Positions 1 through 13,914 are shown, counted from the first letter of the stretch. The stretch: 64,000 bases of DNA from Malacoraja senta (GCA_038087875.1 CM076000.1:1364001-1428000); one strand, 5' to 3'. Notes: a model not told the origin generated them from the sequence alone. Translations and numbers: made by a program.

Positions 1-1305
1 TGCAGGCATTCCGCCTGCAGGGATCCGAAGGCAAGCAGGAACTATGGTACTATCTCATCATGCCATGGACCCAGATCACCTCCTCCATCAGGCTATCAGC
101 AGAGACAGGCACGGAACTCGCTATCAAAACATGGAGGGGACCAGGGGACAGGGGGGACACAATTTTTTGGCGGCCGCGCGCGCATGCGCACACTTACACA
201 CACGCGCGAGGCTTCGGAGGCTCAATCCAGCGCTAATTGCAGCTCAACTCGGCCTGTCTCGCCGGGTTAACTACAGCCCTGACTGGACTGACGGGACACC
301 AGCGCTGCATCTCCGCGCTGGCCATATTTCCCGCAAGCACAGGCAGAGCTTAGGTTAACCTGGCGGGACAGGCAGAGTTGAGCTGGGTTTAGCGCTGTTT
401 CTCTGCGCTGGCTGTGGGCCTGGGGACACAGCTCGCATCTGACTCCCGACCTCTCTGGCCACCCGTGGGGGGGGGGGGGCACTCGGGTGGGGACGGGATA
501 GCGCTGGAGAGCCGGCCGGGATCGATCCTGCCTGCAGATGAGGCGCAGGTCTCCCTCCTCCAATCACCGCACTCTATCCTCAGTCCCACCCCTCCACTCC
601 TCCCTCCTCCAATGATCGCGCTGAATCATCATGTCCCGCCCCCATTGCCTGCTGACCGACATCTCTCTCGTCCAATCGGCGCCCTCAATCAGCAGTCCCA
701 CCTCCACTGTCTCGCGGAAAGCGGAGATTATAAAATCTGGATGACAAAAACCTGGGGGGATGTCCCCCACCTCTCAAAACATGGGGGGGACGTGTCCCCT
801 CTGGCCCCCCGGGTTTTCCGCCCCTGAGCAGAGAGCAGAGGCCACCCCGACTGAAGTCCCATCACCCCTTTACTCCACATGGAAAACAACTCCTAGCATC
901 CATCCAGCCAACTGAGACAAAAGCACACTGGTTAGCCACCAAGTGGTCACAGGAGTGGAAGGCAACCTCATCTCCATTACACAGCAACATCTCTTCAGCA
1001 GATAAAAGCTGTCCACGGTCTGACCTCCCCAGAGGAGCATGGGTGAAGCTCAACAGACTTTGTACTGGAGTTGGGCGTTTCAATGCCAGCATGTGGAGAT
1101 GGGGGCTCCGCCAGAGCCCAGCCTGTGAATGCGGAGCAGAACAACAGACAACCAACCATGTCATCTCTGAGTGCCCACTCTACCACCCACCAAATGGAGC
1201 TCAGGGCCTGGCAGACATTGACGCAGAGACAACAACTTGGCTGCTCAACACCCGGCTTGAGATCTAACTATTCCTTTGGTTTATGTTTCATTTGCAAGAA
1301 GAAGA
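1..1305 (+). mobile_element. 3' fragment of a non-LTR retrotransposon (I-group, Ingi/Vingi-like), split by a hAT MITE at 106-826
   Basis: C-terminal WVKLNRLCTGVGRFNASMWRWG...CECGAEQQTTNHVISECP (CCHC) with stop at 1267 and a short (GAA)n-like tail at about 1297-1305. The clade assignment is from memory of motifs. Confidence 0.65.
106..826. mobile_element. hAT-type non-autonomous DNA transposon (MITE)
   Basis: Imperfect TIRs CAGGcaCGGAA / TTCCGccCCTG and a perfect 8-bp TSD AGCAGAGA at 98-105 and 827-834. Confidence 0.85.
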
Positions 1306-1353
1306 CCACAACCAAGGCAACTGTTGTGGACGGGAACTAAAACCAAATAATAC

Positions 1354-1672
1354 AGGGTGGCAGGGTGTCACAGCAGCAGAGTTGCTGCCTTACAATACTT
1401 GCAGCGCCAGAGGCCCGACTATGGGTGCTGTCTGTACATAGTTTGTACGTTCTCCCCGTGACCGCGTGGGTTTTCTCCGAGATCTTCGGTTTCCTCCCAC
1501 ACTCCAAAGACGTACAGGTTTGTAGATTAATTGGCTTGGGTTTGTATACTTGGTATAAGTGTAAATGGTCCCTAGTGTGTGTAGGCTTGTGTTAATGTGC
1601 GGGGATCACTAGTCGGTGCGGACACGGTGGGCCGAAGGGCCAGTTTCTGCGCTGTATCTCTAAACTAAAAAT
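1354..1672 (+). mobile_element. tRNA-derived HE1/V-SINE-like element
   Basis: tRNA-like head (gcagca..gagttgctgccttaca..gcgccagag), V-domain (tgtacgttctccccgtgacc..ggtttcctcccac) and CR1-like tail (gggccgaagggcc..ctgtatctctaaac). Related copies at about 7015-7140(-), 7640-7930, 19105-19395, 33715-33810, 47615-47910(-) and 61405-61490. Confidence 0.8.
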
Positions 1673-4600
1673 TAAACATTTAACTTTTTTTTAAATTATC
1701 TTTGTGGGCTTGGAGAGGCAGGAATAGCTGAGCCCTTCCTCCTCTGGGCTTCTCTTCCTCTCCTGGAATGACAATCAATCTCTCCTTGTTACATCTCATG
1801 CCAGAAAATATTTCATTGAAATAAAGTATGGACAGATCTGTAGAGACAGTACCAAAACAATTTATAAACAGGTCAGGCCCAGTGAAATTCGAATCCACAG
1901 TAGGAAAGCGAGGAATGCATCTGCAATTTACAGACGAGAGCAAAGAAAACAGCACTGGACCAGACAGTCCACAGGATATGAAGGTAATCAGAAAAAAAGT
2001 GGGAATAAATTCTGAATCTGAAAACAGGTCAACCAATTTTGAAAGAGAAGGAAACTCTTTATTTGTATTCCATGGGGATTAATCCTATTTTCTCAGATAT
2101 TTAATCTGTTATAGGTAAAATTTAGCAACTCAGATTTAGTCATCAGACAGCTTTTCTGAATGTGACCTTTGAAAGCATTTTGTATTACATTACTGTGCTA
2201 GCAAGTTGTGCATTGTGATTTTGTGCAATAGGGCATAATTTTGTTTAACAGAATGACACATTTCCCACAAGCGTGGTTAATTATAGTGTTTCTTCCTAAA
2301 TGTGGACACATGTATTATTCAAGGCTTTGACTAAATGTTCAGACTTAGAATACTCTTGGTACTGTCAAGTATTTTGACACCCCCATCACATAATAAAAGA
2401 AAATGTAAGTAAAAAAGATAGCACCGTTAATGCATTACATTTGAGGACAAGAATCAATTGTACGATACAAGTAGTCAAGGTTTTTCAACTATTCGGTTAA
2501 CCTGCCAACAATCATTGGAAACAATAGCCTCCTGTTGACATGCTATTTATAGTACCTAGTTTTCAAAGGGGATGTTAGCCAGCTGTATGTGACATGGGAT
2601 GAAAGATAATAACCTACAAAACAAATTTCAATATTTCACAAAGTAGTACATAAAAAACAAATTTTTAACAAAGGATTGTGTCCCTCTGCACATGGATGCC
2701 AGATTATTGTCTTTAAGGCAATGTCCAAACAATGCCGCTGTCCACTGTTACCCTAACCATATTCCACACCACTAAGTTGCTCAAGATCATAATAAAAGAA
2801 ATAGCAACCACTTGAACAAACGCCAAACCATGAATTCAAATATAACTGAGCATACCAATGCTCTATTCTTGTGCAGTATTTAACTCGAAACATAAACAAT
2901 GATCACAAAAAAATGTCTGTGGAAATCTTGCTGCAACAATTGTTCAAATGTCACGAGGGGAAAGTACAATATCAAATATCACCACAAAACAAAACATCAG
3001 GACTATCATAAACATCAGAAATATATTTGATGGTTCACTCGTGTTTAATATTTCTCATTGCAGAACTGTGCATTATTAACTGCATGAAGCTGGACATCTG
3101 TACAGATTAGATCTGATTGTTGTTCATTTATATTATGTATCCATTATACATTATCATGGTGATTCTGCACAAAGTGATGGAACGTATGTATACATGTTTG
3201 TCGCTATGATACAAGCTTTGAACATACTGTTCACTTTCCCTGTGAAGAGAATAAAGGTTTAATCATCTTTGATTGCTTTTGTATACCTGCATGTGGTCTT
3301 GTATAGAATAACTGGACTCTAAGCAGTTTGTTTTATTCAGTAAAGATTTACCTATACTACTCCTTTCACAACTTGGAAAAAGCACTTTAAGAGTATGATT
3401 ACTATTGTGAGATAAAAAGCTTGGCAGCCAATTTGCACGTAGCAAGCTCCCACGAACAACAGAACGATGATAACCAGTCAATTCTCAGTAGCTGTTTGAG
3501 ATATAAATATTGACAAGCATATTAGAGATAAGTCTCGCTCCCAATTAAACCATCAATGTGTGACCTTTAGAGAGCAGATGACGCCCGAGATTAATATTTC
3601 ACCTGAAAATTGTCATCTCCACATATCCTTACATTGAGGGGGCATGTTCTGCCCATCAGGTCTATGACAGCTCACACATTGAAGCAATGTAATCGGATGA
3701 AGATCAACTTGGTATGGGGATCTTAAAAGGAAGCGGATATGGATCACTTTTGGCTCAACATAGTTAAAGTTCCTTTTTTCTACATTTTGCAAATGTTTCT
3801 GCCAGGTTCTCAACACTCACATGTTGGACTCCTTCATCGTTGAGGATAAGGATTTTCTTGGAACCAAGAAGTCACAAATTAGTACAATTGAACTCACGCT
3901 CACTGCATTTTATACTTGCTAGATACTATTTTACTAAAACAAATTAGATTCTACAAGAAACTGATGGGGTAAATAATGACAATCTCAAGATAGAGGTGTG
4001 TTGGGAGGCAAATGTAATTACTCCAAACTGTAAATCTTTATACTTTGTTATCAAACTGCAGATGTTTGAGAATTTTCAAAACCACTTAAGAACATAAGTA
4101 ATAAAAGCAAGGCGGGCCATTTGGCCCTTCATGCCTGCTCATCCATTCAATAATATATAGGCTGCCCTTATGCATCAGATCACATTCCTGCATTATCCCT
4201 CCATTCCTTTGATAGATTTTAGGTATTAATCTGGATGGGAAAGATAGATCTTTGGACATTGAGAATTTGGGATCACTGAGGAAGTGGACAAGATCAGCCC
4301 AAACAGTCTACTTATGCTTCAGTTATATCTTACACAGATTGTCTCTCTGTAGCTTGAGCATACAGCACTAGGTTCCTTGGATCAGCAACATACAAGTTCT
4401 CAGGTATGGCATGTACCCGCCCTGTGTTCGCCAAGAACACGCCATCCTTCATGCCAGTCGTTCCTATATACGGTCAAGGTAGCTAATGGCCCAATAAATA
4501 ATCCAAACATTGGTCTTCACTTACCTGTTTCAACCCCACAATGCTATCATTAATCTTTAGCCAGAAATGGGTGCTTAAAAGCCACATTCAATTTTACACA

Positions 4601-4879
4601 CCCAAGTGAAGTGCAACATTTCTTATACTGTTTATGAAAATCATTTCTCCACAGATTTAATGATTGAGCTGGCCTAGAAAGTTGTTTTTAATACACTGCA
4701 AACCATCTGCAGGTAAAAATTATTTTACTGATATAAAACACTGTAAATCCCCCACCTCCACCCAAGAGCACATGTTAAGCCATTCCTCAGTAGAGCCTGG
4801 TTCTGATCAACAGGTGCAGCACATGAATGATCTTAGTATATTCATGTATGGAAAGCAGATTATAATCTAACACTTGGCC

Positions 4880-5200
4880 CATGTTGACCAACCTGGGTCT
4901 CACTGCACACCTAGTACTACTCCTGACCTTGACTCCAGTCGCATACCTTCTCTCATTCCTGACCCTGAGTCCAGCCTTACACCTGGCCCCCTATTCTACC
5001 CTGATCATAACTGCTTACCTGCTTAGGTTACCAGTGCTGAACACTCCCATTGTCCCAGCTTTGACTGCACACCTAGTACTATTCCAGACCTTTAATCTGG
5101 ATGCACACTTGGCCTTGCTCCTAGCCCCTCTGCACTGACAATATATCTGGCCCACACATAAAGCCCCATATCTGACCCCCTGGACTTAACCTATTACATT
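4880..5200. repeat. Degenerate minisatellite of about 33-bp period (actgcacacctagtact..cctgacc)
   Basis: Recurring motifs cactgcacacctagtact (about 4900 and 5063) and acacctggccc / acacttggcc. Confidence 0.5.
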
Positions 5201-6171
5201 CAAGTCCACAGGTGCTTATCTAATGTGGTATTTTTTGGGGGGCACTTCACGGACCAAATTTTGTATAAGCAATATTATTCTATTAAATGTGATCTTGAGA
5301 GTAGATAATATTTTCTGTGGTATTCATAACACAACAATGATAAAAGATCTTTGTTTTGATTGCACCTACCAACATGCATACATTATTATATTACAGTTAA
5401 TATGTGCCGAGGGCAAATTTTTGTTCCAATGCTCCCCATTCCCAATTACTTTTACATTGAAGTGATTGAAATCCAAGTGAAGTTTAAATGGCACCAGAAA
5501 TATAAAACTCCGGAATGGATGATATTCATTACGTCGTTGGTTGGAGTCAGTATCAGCACAATTAGTATATTAAACTTTGAATCTTCAGATGTCCTGGTTC
5601 AAGCTAAAAATAAAGACAAATAATAACCTCCTCACACATTCCCCTGCAAGTATCTCTGTCACTCCTTTAAAATATGCCCCTTCTTTGAACAAGCTCTTAA
5701 ACATCGCTCCTGAATCAGTTTCCACCTGACTACACTTCTTGAGGATGTTCATCTACGTGTTCAATTAATAAAACAACGAGATTGGGGACATTTCTATTCA
5801 ACCTGTCAAAGGAATTTGGGGGGGAGGGGAAGTTTAGAAATAGTCAGTGAGGTAAACAAACATAATAGTTGAGTGGCAAATGACAGTAGTGCTACCTTCC
5901 CAATATTTAACTGAAGGAAATAATGGGTTATTGGGGCTGTATGTTGTGACAGACAGCCTGATACCTTGCATGTCATTTAAATATTACCAATCCCCCTGGA
6001 TATTCCGGATTAATAAATTAAGGTTTTGTCAACTAATTACAAATCAGGCTAATTACAAATCAATAACATTAGCCAACTCCGAAACATGAAGCGCTGAGCA
6101 TTGGGATCCAGACATCATGGACAACTGGGATCAGTTCCCCGCTCACATCTGGCAGTGCTCTCCATCTGAAC

Positions 6172-6628
6172 CAGGGGCCATGGAGCATTTTAGAAAGTGG
6201 GGGGGCTGAGCGATCACTGATCACATGCCTTGGGGGTACCCGGCGAGGTAGTGGAGCAACCGAGTGGAGGGAGGGTGTGTTCCCCCTCCCAGGTTAGGGA
6301 CTTTTTCAAATTTGATGTATTAAAATCATGTTTTAGTGGATTGTAGAAGTATGATTTCAATGTTTTTTGTATGAAGTATTTTTAAGAGGTAACTTTTTAA
6401 GTGGTAACTTTTTCCACACAAAGGGTGGTGGGTGTATGGAACAAGCTGCCAGAGGAGGTAGTTGAGGCAGGGACTATCCCAACATTTAAGAAACAGTTAG
6501 ACTGATACATGGATAGGACAGGTTTGGAGTGATATGGACCAAAAGCAGGTAGTGTAGCAGGGACATGTTGGCGGGTGTGGGCAAGTTGCGCCGACGGGCC
6601 TGTTTTCACACTGTATCACTCTATGACT
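6172..6628 (+). mobile_element. Truncated hAT-like MITE fragment (about 6172-6384) followed by a CR1 3' fragment (about 6385-6628)
   Basis: Starts CAGGGGCC..tagaaagtggggggg, followed by CR1 3' motifs ttcacacaaagggtggtgggtgtatggaac..gggcctgttt. Confidence 0.55.
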
Positions 6629-7142
6629 ACATTATACCTCCACCATGCATGAATGCTTCAAAATCAATGTATGGAAACCAGATTATAATCAAACACTTGG
6701 CCCATGTTGACCAACCTAAAGAGTCGCCTCAGTGGGACAGGCCTATAAGTGCGTGGGAATAGCGTAGATCAGGGGAGCCGTGACCAGCTGTGTCACTCGT
6801 TGTCCACCCCACTCTCCAAGTCACCGATAGACACAAAAAGCCGGAGTAACATCCAATTTCCTCTCTGAGTCTGTGGATCGACTCCAAGCACCAGAGGCCC
6901 ATTGATCTGCGGCACTGCTCGATACGTGTTTGGCTTTGTGGAGATCAGAGCCAGATGTCACCGTGTCCCGGCACTCGGTCCTACGCAGCCCTGCTAGCCG
7001 GACAGGGTTCGGTTTAGAGATACAGCACGGAAACAGGCCCTTCGGCTCACCGAGTCCACACCGACCAGCGATCCCCGCACATTAACACTATCCTACACAC
7101 ACTAGGGACAATTTACACTTATACCAAGCCAATTAACCAGAC

Positions 7143-7277
7143 CTTCAGTCTGAAGAAGGGTCTCGACCCGAAACGTCACCCATTCCTTCCGTCCAGAGAT
7201 GCTGCCCGACCTGCTGAGTTACTCCAGTACTTTGTGTCTATCGGTTTAAACCAGCATCTGCAGTTCCTTCCTACACG
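7143..7277 (+). mobile_element. Penelope-derived short repeat carrying a minimal hammerhead-ribozyme core
   Basis: CTGAAGA-A-GGGT(CTCG)ACCC-GAAA-CGTC at 7150-7177, then the family tail gatgctgcc..gagttactccag..ccagcatctgcagttcct. Further copies at about 8325-8520, 15725-15845, 16665-16797, 25655-25780, 42935-43015, 46270-46420, 46650-46750 and 58360-58620. Confidence 0.75.
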
Positions 7278-8854
7278 TGTACCTGTCCAAATGCCGTTTA
7301 AATGTCATTGTGGTAATTTCAAGTGTAGAATGAAGACAAGAGTGTTTAGTTGTCGCGTGCAGCGACATCAGAACAATGACATTCTCAGTTGCTGCACCTT
7401 AATAGGCAAGTTAAAGCAACAACACACAGATACTTGTAAATAGATTGATTTAGTTTACTATTGCCACCTGTAGCGAGGTACAGGGAAAAGCTTTTGTTGC
7501 AAGCAAACCGCTCACAATGTACAGATAAAGGAGAATGGGCGCAACATATATAATCAATAATACAATGGATTAATAATCAGTAATATTGGGTAATCATCCC
7601 AGCATATCAGCGGAGGCCCAACTCTTAGCATTACAATTAATGCCCCACAGCGCCGGAGACCTGGGTTCAATCCTGGTCTCGGGTGCTGTCTGTGTGGAGT
7701 TTGCATGTTCTTCCTTTGACCGCGTGGGTTTCCTCTGGGTGCTCCGGTTTCCTCCCACATCCCAAAGACGTGCGGGTTTGTAGGTTAATTGGCCCTCTGT
7801 AAATTGCCCCCTAGTGTGTAGGGAGTGGATGAGAAAGTGGGATAACATAGAACCAGTGTGAACGGGTGATCGATGGTCAGTACGGACTCGAGGGGCCGAA
7901 GGACCTGTTTCCACGCTGTATCTTTGAACTAATTATAATATTGAACAAATCAAGACTTACCTATCGATTTGAACATGAACAATATTATCCCAAAGTTGCA
8001 GAGTGTTTGAGTGGCATTTACTGCAGAATCCCTGAGTTTATTCTTTGTAAAGTGAAGGGCAAAGTTCATCTCTACAAGTTTCATTTTCTGAAGTTAATTT
8101 GTAGTTTATATTTACCATCTTGCATTTGCTTATTTGCTCCCGCGATACATGAATCAAGACTTACATTTAAAGATGAACAAAATATCAATTTAAAGACAGA
8201 TATCAACTAATTTCCCCGATTGAGTATGAATATCGATTTCTTTAACATCCCCTCTCTCTCCGTCCCTCCCCCACCCGAGTGGTACTAGCTTCAAAGTCGT
8301 CTTGTTGGGTCTCATTGTGTGAGAAGGAAATGCAGATGTTGGTTTAAACCGAAGAGAGGCACAAAATACTGGATTAACTCTGCGGGACAGGCAGCATCTC
8401 TGGAGAGAAGGAATGGGTGGTGTTTCGGGTCAAGACCCTTCTAATGGTTTCGGGTCGAGACCCTTAGAAGGGTCACGACCAGAAATGTCACCCATTCCTT
8501 CTCTCCAGTGACGCTGCCTGATCCATGCCGGTCACCAGGGCGAAATCGGCACAGAGACTCTAACGGCAGCGGCGCAACACTTCCGACACCTCCGACGGCC
8601 CGGGACTCTTGCACTGAGGCTGCTCCATAGCTGGAGCTGCAGCGAGCGACTCGCCAGCCCGGCAAACACTCTCAGCCCGGCAAACACTCGCCAGCCCCGG
8701 TTCCCCGTCCACATCTGTCCCCGCCGCTGCTTCTGCTTCCATCCCTCCCTCAGCCCCGGCTCTCCAACACCCACGGCATATGTAGTTGATATGAGTTTTG
8801 AAATTCCCGTTGATCACAGAATTTCTCATGACAGAGCATGAGAAATTTGTGATC

Positions 8855-11800
8855 ATAGAAACATAGAAAATAGGTGCAGGAGGAGGCCATTCGGCCCTTC
8901 GAGCCAGCTCCGCCATTCATTGCGATCATGGATGATCGTCCCCAATCAATAACCCGTGCCTGCCTTCTCCCCATATCCCTTGACTCCACTAGCCCCTAGA
9001 GCTCTATCTAACTCTCTCTTAAATCCATCCAGTGATTTGGCCTCCACTGCCCTCTGTGGCAGGGAATTCCACAAATTCACAAAGTTTTTTCTCACCTCAG
9101 TATTAAATGGCCTCCCCTTTATTCTAAGACTGTGGCCCCTGGTTCTGGACTCGCCCAACATTGGGAACATTTTTCCTGCATCTAGCTTGTCCAGTCCTTT
9201 TATAATTTTATATGTTTCTATAAGATTCCCCCTCATCCTTCTAAACTCCAGTGAATACAAGCCTGGTCTTTTCAATCTTTCCTCATATGACAGTCCCGCC
9301 ATCCCAGGGATCAATCTCGTGAACCTACGCTGCACTGCCTCAATCACAAGGATGTCCTTCCTCAAATAGGAGACCAAAACTGTACGCAATACTCCAGATG
9401 TGGTCTTACATAGAAACATAGATACATAGAAAATAGTTGCAGGAGTAGGCCATTCGGCCCTTCGAGCCTGCACCGCCATTCAATATGATCATGGCTGATC
9501 ATCCAACTCAGTATCCTGTACCTGCTTTCTCTCCATACCCCCTGATCCCTTTAGCCACAAGGGCCACATCTAACTCCCTCTTACATATAGCCAATGAACT
9601 GGCCTCAACTACCTTCTGTGGCAGAGAATTCCAGAGATTCACCACTCTCTGTGTGAAAAATGTTTTCCTCATCTCGGTCCTAAAAGATTTCCCCCTTATC
9701 CTTAAACTGTGACCCCTTGTTCTGGACTTCCCCAACATCGGGAACAATCTTCCTGCATCTAGCCTGTCCAACCCCTTAAGAATTTTGTACGTTTCTATAA
9801 GATCCCCCCTCAATCTTCAAAATTCTAGCGAGTACAAGCCGAGTCTTTCCAGTCTTTCTTCATTTGAAAGTCCTGACATCCCAGGAATCAGTCTGGTGAA
9901 CCTTCTCTGTACTCCCTCTATGGCAAGAATGTCTTTCCTCAGATTAGGAGACCAAAACTGTACACAATACTCCAGGTGTGGTCTCACCAAGACCCTGTAC
10001 AACTGCAGTAGAACCTCCCTGCTCCTATACTCAAATCCTTTACTATGAACACTAACATACCATTCGCCTTCTTCACTGCCTGCTGGACCTGCATGCCTAC
10101 TTTTAATGACTGGTGTACCATGACACCCAGGTCTCGTTGCATCTCCCCTTTTCCTAATCGGCCACCATTCAGATAATAGTCTACTTTCCTGTTTTTGCCA
10201 CCAAAGTGGATAACCTCACATTTATCCACATTATACTGCATCTGCCATGCATTTGCCCACTCACCCAACCTATCCAGGTCACCTTGCAGCCTCCGAGCAT
10301 CCTCCTCACAGCTAACACTGCCCCCCAGCTTCGTGTCATCCGCAAACTTGGAGATGTTGCATTCAATTCCCTCGTCCAAATCATTAATATATATCGTATA
10401 TATATCGTATATATATCTGCCTGCCATTGTGAAAAGGACCCGTTTACTCCTACTCTTTGCTTCCTGTCTGCCAGCCAGTTCTCTATCCACATCAATACTG
10501 AACCCCCAATACCGTGTGCTTTAAGTTTGTATACTAATCTCTTATGTGGGACCTTGTCGAAAGCCTTCTGAAAGTCCAGATATAACACATCCACTGGTTC
10601 TCCCTTATCCACTCTACTAGTTACATCCTCGAAAAATTCTATAAGATTCGTCAGACATGATTTACCTTTCATAAATCCATGCTGACTTTGTCCAATGATT
10701 TCACCACTTTCCAAATGTGCTGCTATCCCATCTTTAATAGCTGATTCTAGCAGTTTCCCCACTACCGACGTTAGACTAACTGGTCTGTAATTCCCTGTTT
10801 TCTCTCTCCCTCCCTTTTTAAAAAGTGGGGTTACATTAGCTACCCTCCAATCCTCAGGAACTACTCCAGAATCTAAAGAGTTTTGAAAAATTATCACTAA
10901 TGCATCCACTATTTCTGGGGCTACTTCCTTAAGTACTCTGGGATGCAGCCTATCTGGCCCTGGGGATTTATCGGCCTTTAATCCATTCAATTTACCTAAC
11001 ACCACTTCCCGGCTAACCTGGATTTCACTCAGTTCCTCCATCTCATTTGACCCCCGGTCCCCTGCTATTTCCGGCAGATTATTTATGTCTTCCTTAGCGA
11101 AGACAGAACCAAAGTAGATATTCAATTGGTCTGCCATGTTCTTGTTCCCCATGATCAATTCACCTGTTTCTGACTGCAAGGGACCTACATTTGTTTTAAC
11201 TAATCTTTTTCTCTTCACATATCTATAAAAGCTTTTGCAGTCAGTTTTTATGTTCCCTGCCAGTTTTCTTTCATAATCTATTTTCCCGTTCCTAATTAAG
11301 CCCTTTTCCCTCCTCTGCTGGACTGAATTTCTCCCAGTCCTCTGGTAGGCTGCTTTTTCTGGCTAATTTGTACGCTTCATCTTTTGTTTTGATACTATCC
11401 CTGATTTCCCTTGTTATCCATGGATGCACTACCTTCCCTGATTTATTCTTTTGCCAAACTGGGATGAACAATTGTTGTAGTTCATCCATGCAGTCTTTAA
11501 ATGCCTTCCATTGTATATCAACCGTCAACCCTTTAAGAATCAATTGCCAGTCTATCTTGGCCAATTCACGTTTCATATCCTCAAAGTTACCTTTCTTTAA
11601 GGTCAGGACCCTTGTTTCTGAATTAACAATGTCACTCTCCATCCTAATGAAGAACTCAACCATATTATGGTCACTCTTGCCCAAGGGGCCACGCGCAACA
11701 AGACTGCTAACTAACCCTTCCTCATTACTCAATACCCAGTCTAGAATAGCCTGCTCTCTCGTTGGTTCCTCTACATGTTGGTTTAGAAAACTATCCCGCA

Positions 11801-13914
11801 TACATTCCAAGAAATCCTCTTCCTCAGCACCCCAGCCAATTTGATTCACCCAATCTATATGTAGATTGAAGTCACCCATTATAACTGTTTTACCTTTGAT
11901 GCACACATTTCTAATTTCCTGTTTGATGCCATCCCGAACTCCACTACTACTGTTAGGTGGTCTGTACACAACTCCCACTAGCGTTTTCTGCCCCTTAGTG
12001 TTTCGCAGCTCTACCCATATCGATTCCACATCCTCCAAGCTAATGTCCTTCCTTTCTATTGCGTTAATCTGCTCTCTAACCAGCAACGCTACTCCACCTC
12101 CTTTCCCTTTCTGTCTATCCCTCCTGAATATTGAATATCCCTGGATGTTCAGCTCCCAGCCTTGGTTACCCTGGAGCCATGTCTCCGTGATCCCAACTAT
12201 ATCATAGTAATTAATTGCTATCAGTACATTCAACTCATCCACCTTATTACAAATGCTCCTTGCATTGAGACACAAAGCCTTCAGGCTTGTTTTTAACAAC
12301 ACTCTTACCCCTTATACAATTATGTTGAAAATTGGCCCTTTTTGATTTTTGCCCTGGATTTGTCTGCCTGCCACTTTTACTTTTCACCTTGCTACCTATT
12401 GCTTCTACCCTCATTTTACACCGCTCTGTCTCTACGCTCACATTTAAGAAACCCTTTCCCTTTAACTCCGTCCTCAACTATCCCATTCGACACCCAGAGC
12501 CCTGTAAAACTGAAGAAGAACATCTCTACTCCTATACTGAAATCCTCTTGTTATGAAGGCCAACATTCCATTAGCTTTCTGCACTGCCTGCTGTACCTGC
12601 ATGCCAACTTTCAGTGACCGGTGTACAAGGACACCCAGGTCTCGCTGTACCTCCCCCTTACCTAACCTAACCCCATTGAGATAATAATCTGCCCCCTTGT
12701 TTTTGCCACCAAAGTGGATAACCTCACATTTATCTATATTATACTGCATCTGCCACGCATCTGCCCACTCACTCAACCTGTCCAGGTCACCCTGCAACCT
12801 CCTAACATTCTCTTCACAGTTCACACTGCCACCCAGCTTTGTGTCATCCGCAAACTTGCTAGTGTTGCTCCTAATTCCCTCTTCCAAATCATTAATATAT
12901 ATGATAAACAGTTGCGGCCCAAACACCGAGCCTTGCGGCACTCACTCACCACTGCCTGCCATTCTGAAAAGGACCTGTTCACTGCTACTCTTTGCTTCCT
13001 GTCTGCCAACCAATTTTCTATCCACGTCAACACCCTACCCCCAATACCATGTGCTCTAATTTTAGTCACCAGTCTCCCGTGCGGGACCTTATCAAAGGCT
13101 TTCTGAAAGTCTAGATTACATCCATTTTACTTGTCACATCCTCAAAAAATTTCAGAAGATTAGTCAAGCATGATTTTCCTTTCATAAATCCATGCTGACT
13201 TGGACTAATTCTTTTACTGCTATCCAAATGCCCCATTATTACCTCTTTAATAATTGACTCCAACATCTTTCCCACCACCAAAGTCAGACTAACAGGTCTG
13301 TAATTCCCCGTTTTCTCTCTCGCTCCTTTCTTGAAAAGTGGGATAACATTAGCTATCCTCCAATCCACAGGAACTGATCCTGTATCTATTGAACATTGGA
13401 AAATGATCACCAATGCATCCACTATTTCTAGAGCCACCTCCCTGAGGACCCTGGGATGCAGTCCATCAGGCCCCGGGGATTTATCATCCTTCAGTCCCAT
13501 TAGCCTACCCAATACTATTTCACGCCTAATGAAAATTTATTTCAGTTCCTCAACCCCCTAAGATCTTCTGTCCTCCAGTACTTCTGGGAGATTGTTTGTG
13601 TTTTCCTTAGTGAAGACAGATCCGAAGTACCTGTTCAACTCTTCTGCCATTTCCTTGTTCCCCATAATAATTTCACCCGTGTCCGCCTTCAAGGGACCCA
13701 CATTTGACTTTGCTACTCTTTTCCCCTTAACATATCTAAAGAAGCTTTTACTGTCCTTCTTCATCTTTTCAGCCCGTATTGCCCGTTTTGTTTCCTTCTG
13801 TTGTCCTATGAAAGTTTCCCAATCCTCTGGCTTCCGGCTACTCTTTGCTGTGTTATACATCTTTTCTTTTAGTTTTATTCTATCCCTAACTTATCTTGTC
13901 AGCCACGGTTGCCT
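8855..13914 (-). mobile_element. CR1 LINE 'A' (5'-truncated, frameshifted), in two pieces at 8855-9408 and 12496-13914
   Basis: RT motifs KSPGPDGLHPRVL, NYRPVSLT, PQGSV.GP, SKFADDTK, and a (TTCTATGT)n-type tail at 8855-8870. The sequence ggtcttac|cagagccc is continuous across the inserted element B. Confidence 0.9.
9409..12495 (-). mobile_element. CR1 LINE 'B' (EN+RT ORF2, several frameshifts) nested inside CR1 A
   Basis: APE endonuclease (LNARSI, ITETWL, YRPP, MGDFN, SDH) at 12302-11292, RT fragments at 11218-9508, and its own 3' tail at 9409-9432. Confidence 0.92.

Noticed and set aside
1354..1430. tRNA gene
   Set aside because: Degenerate tRNA-derived SINE head with no complete cloverleaf.
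1680..2082. Overlapping 118-aa (-) and 84-aa (+) ORFs
   Set aside because: No recognisable homology or convincing splice context.
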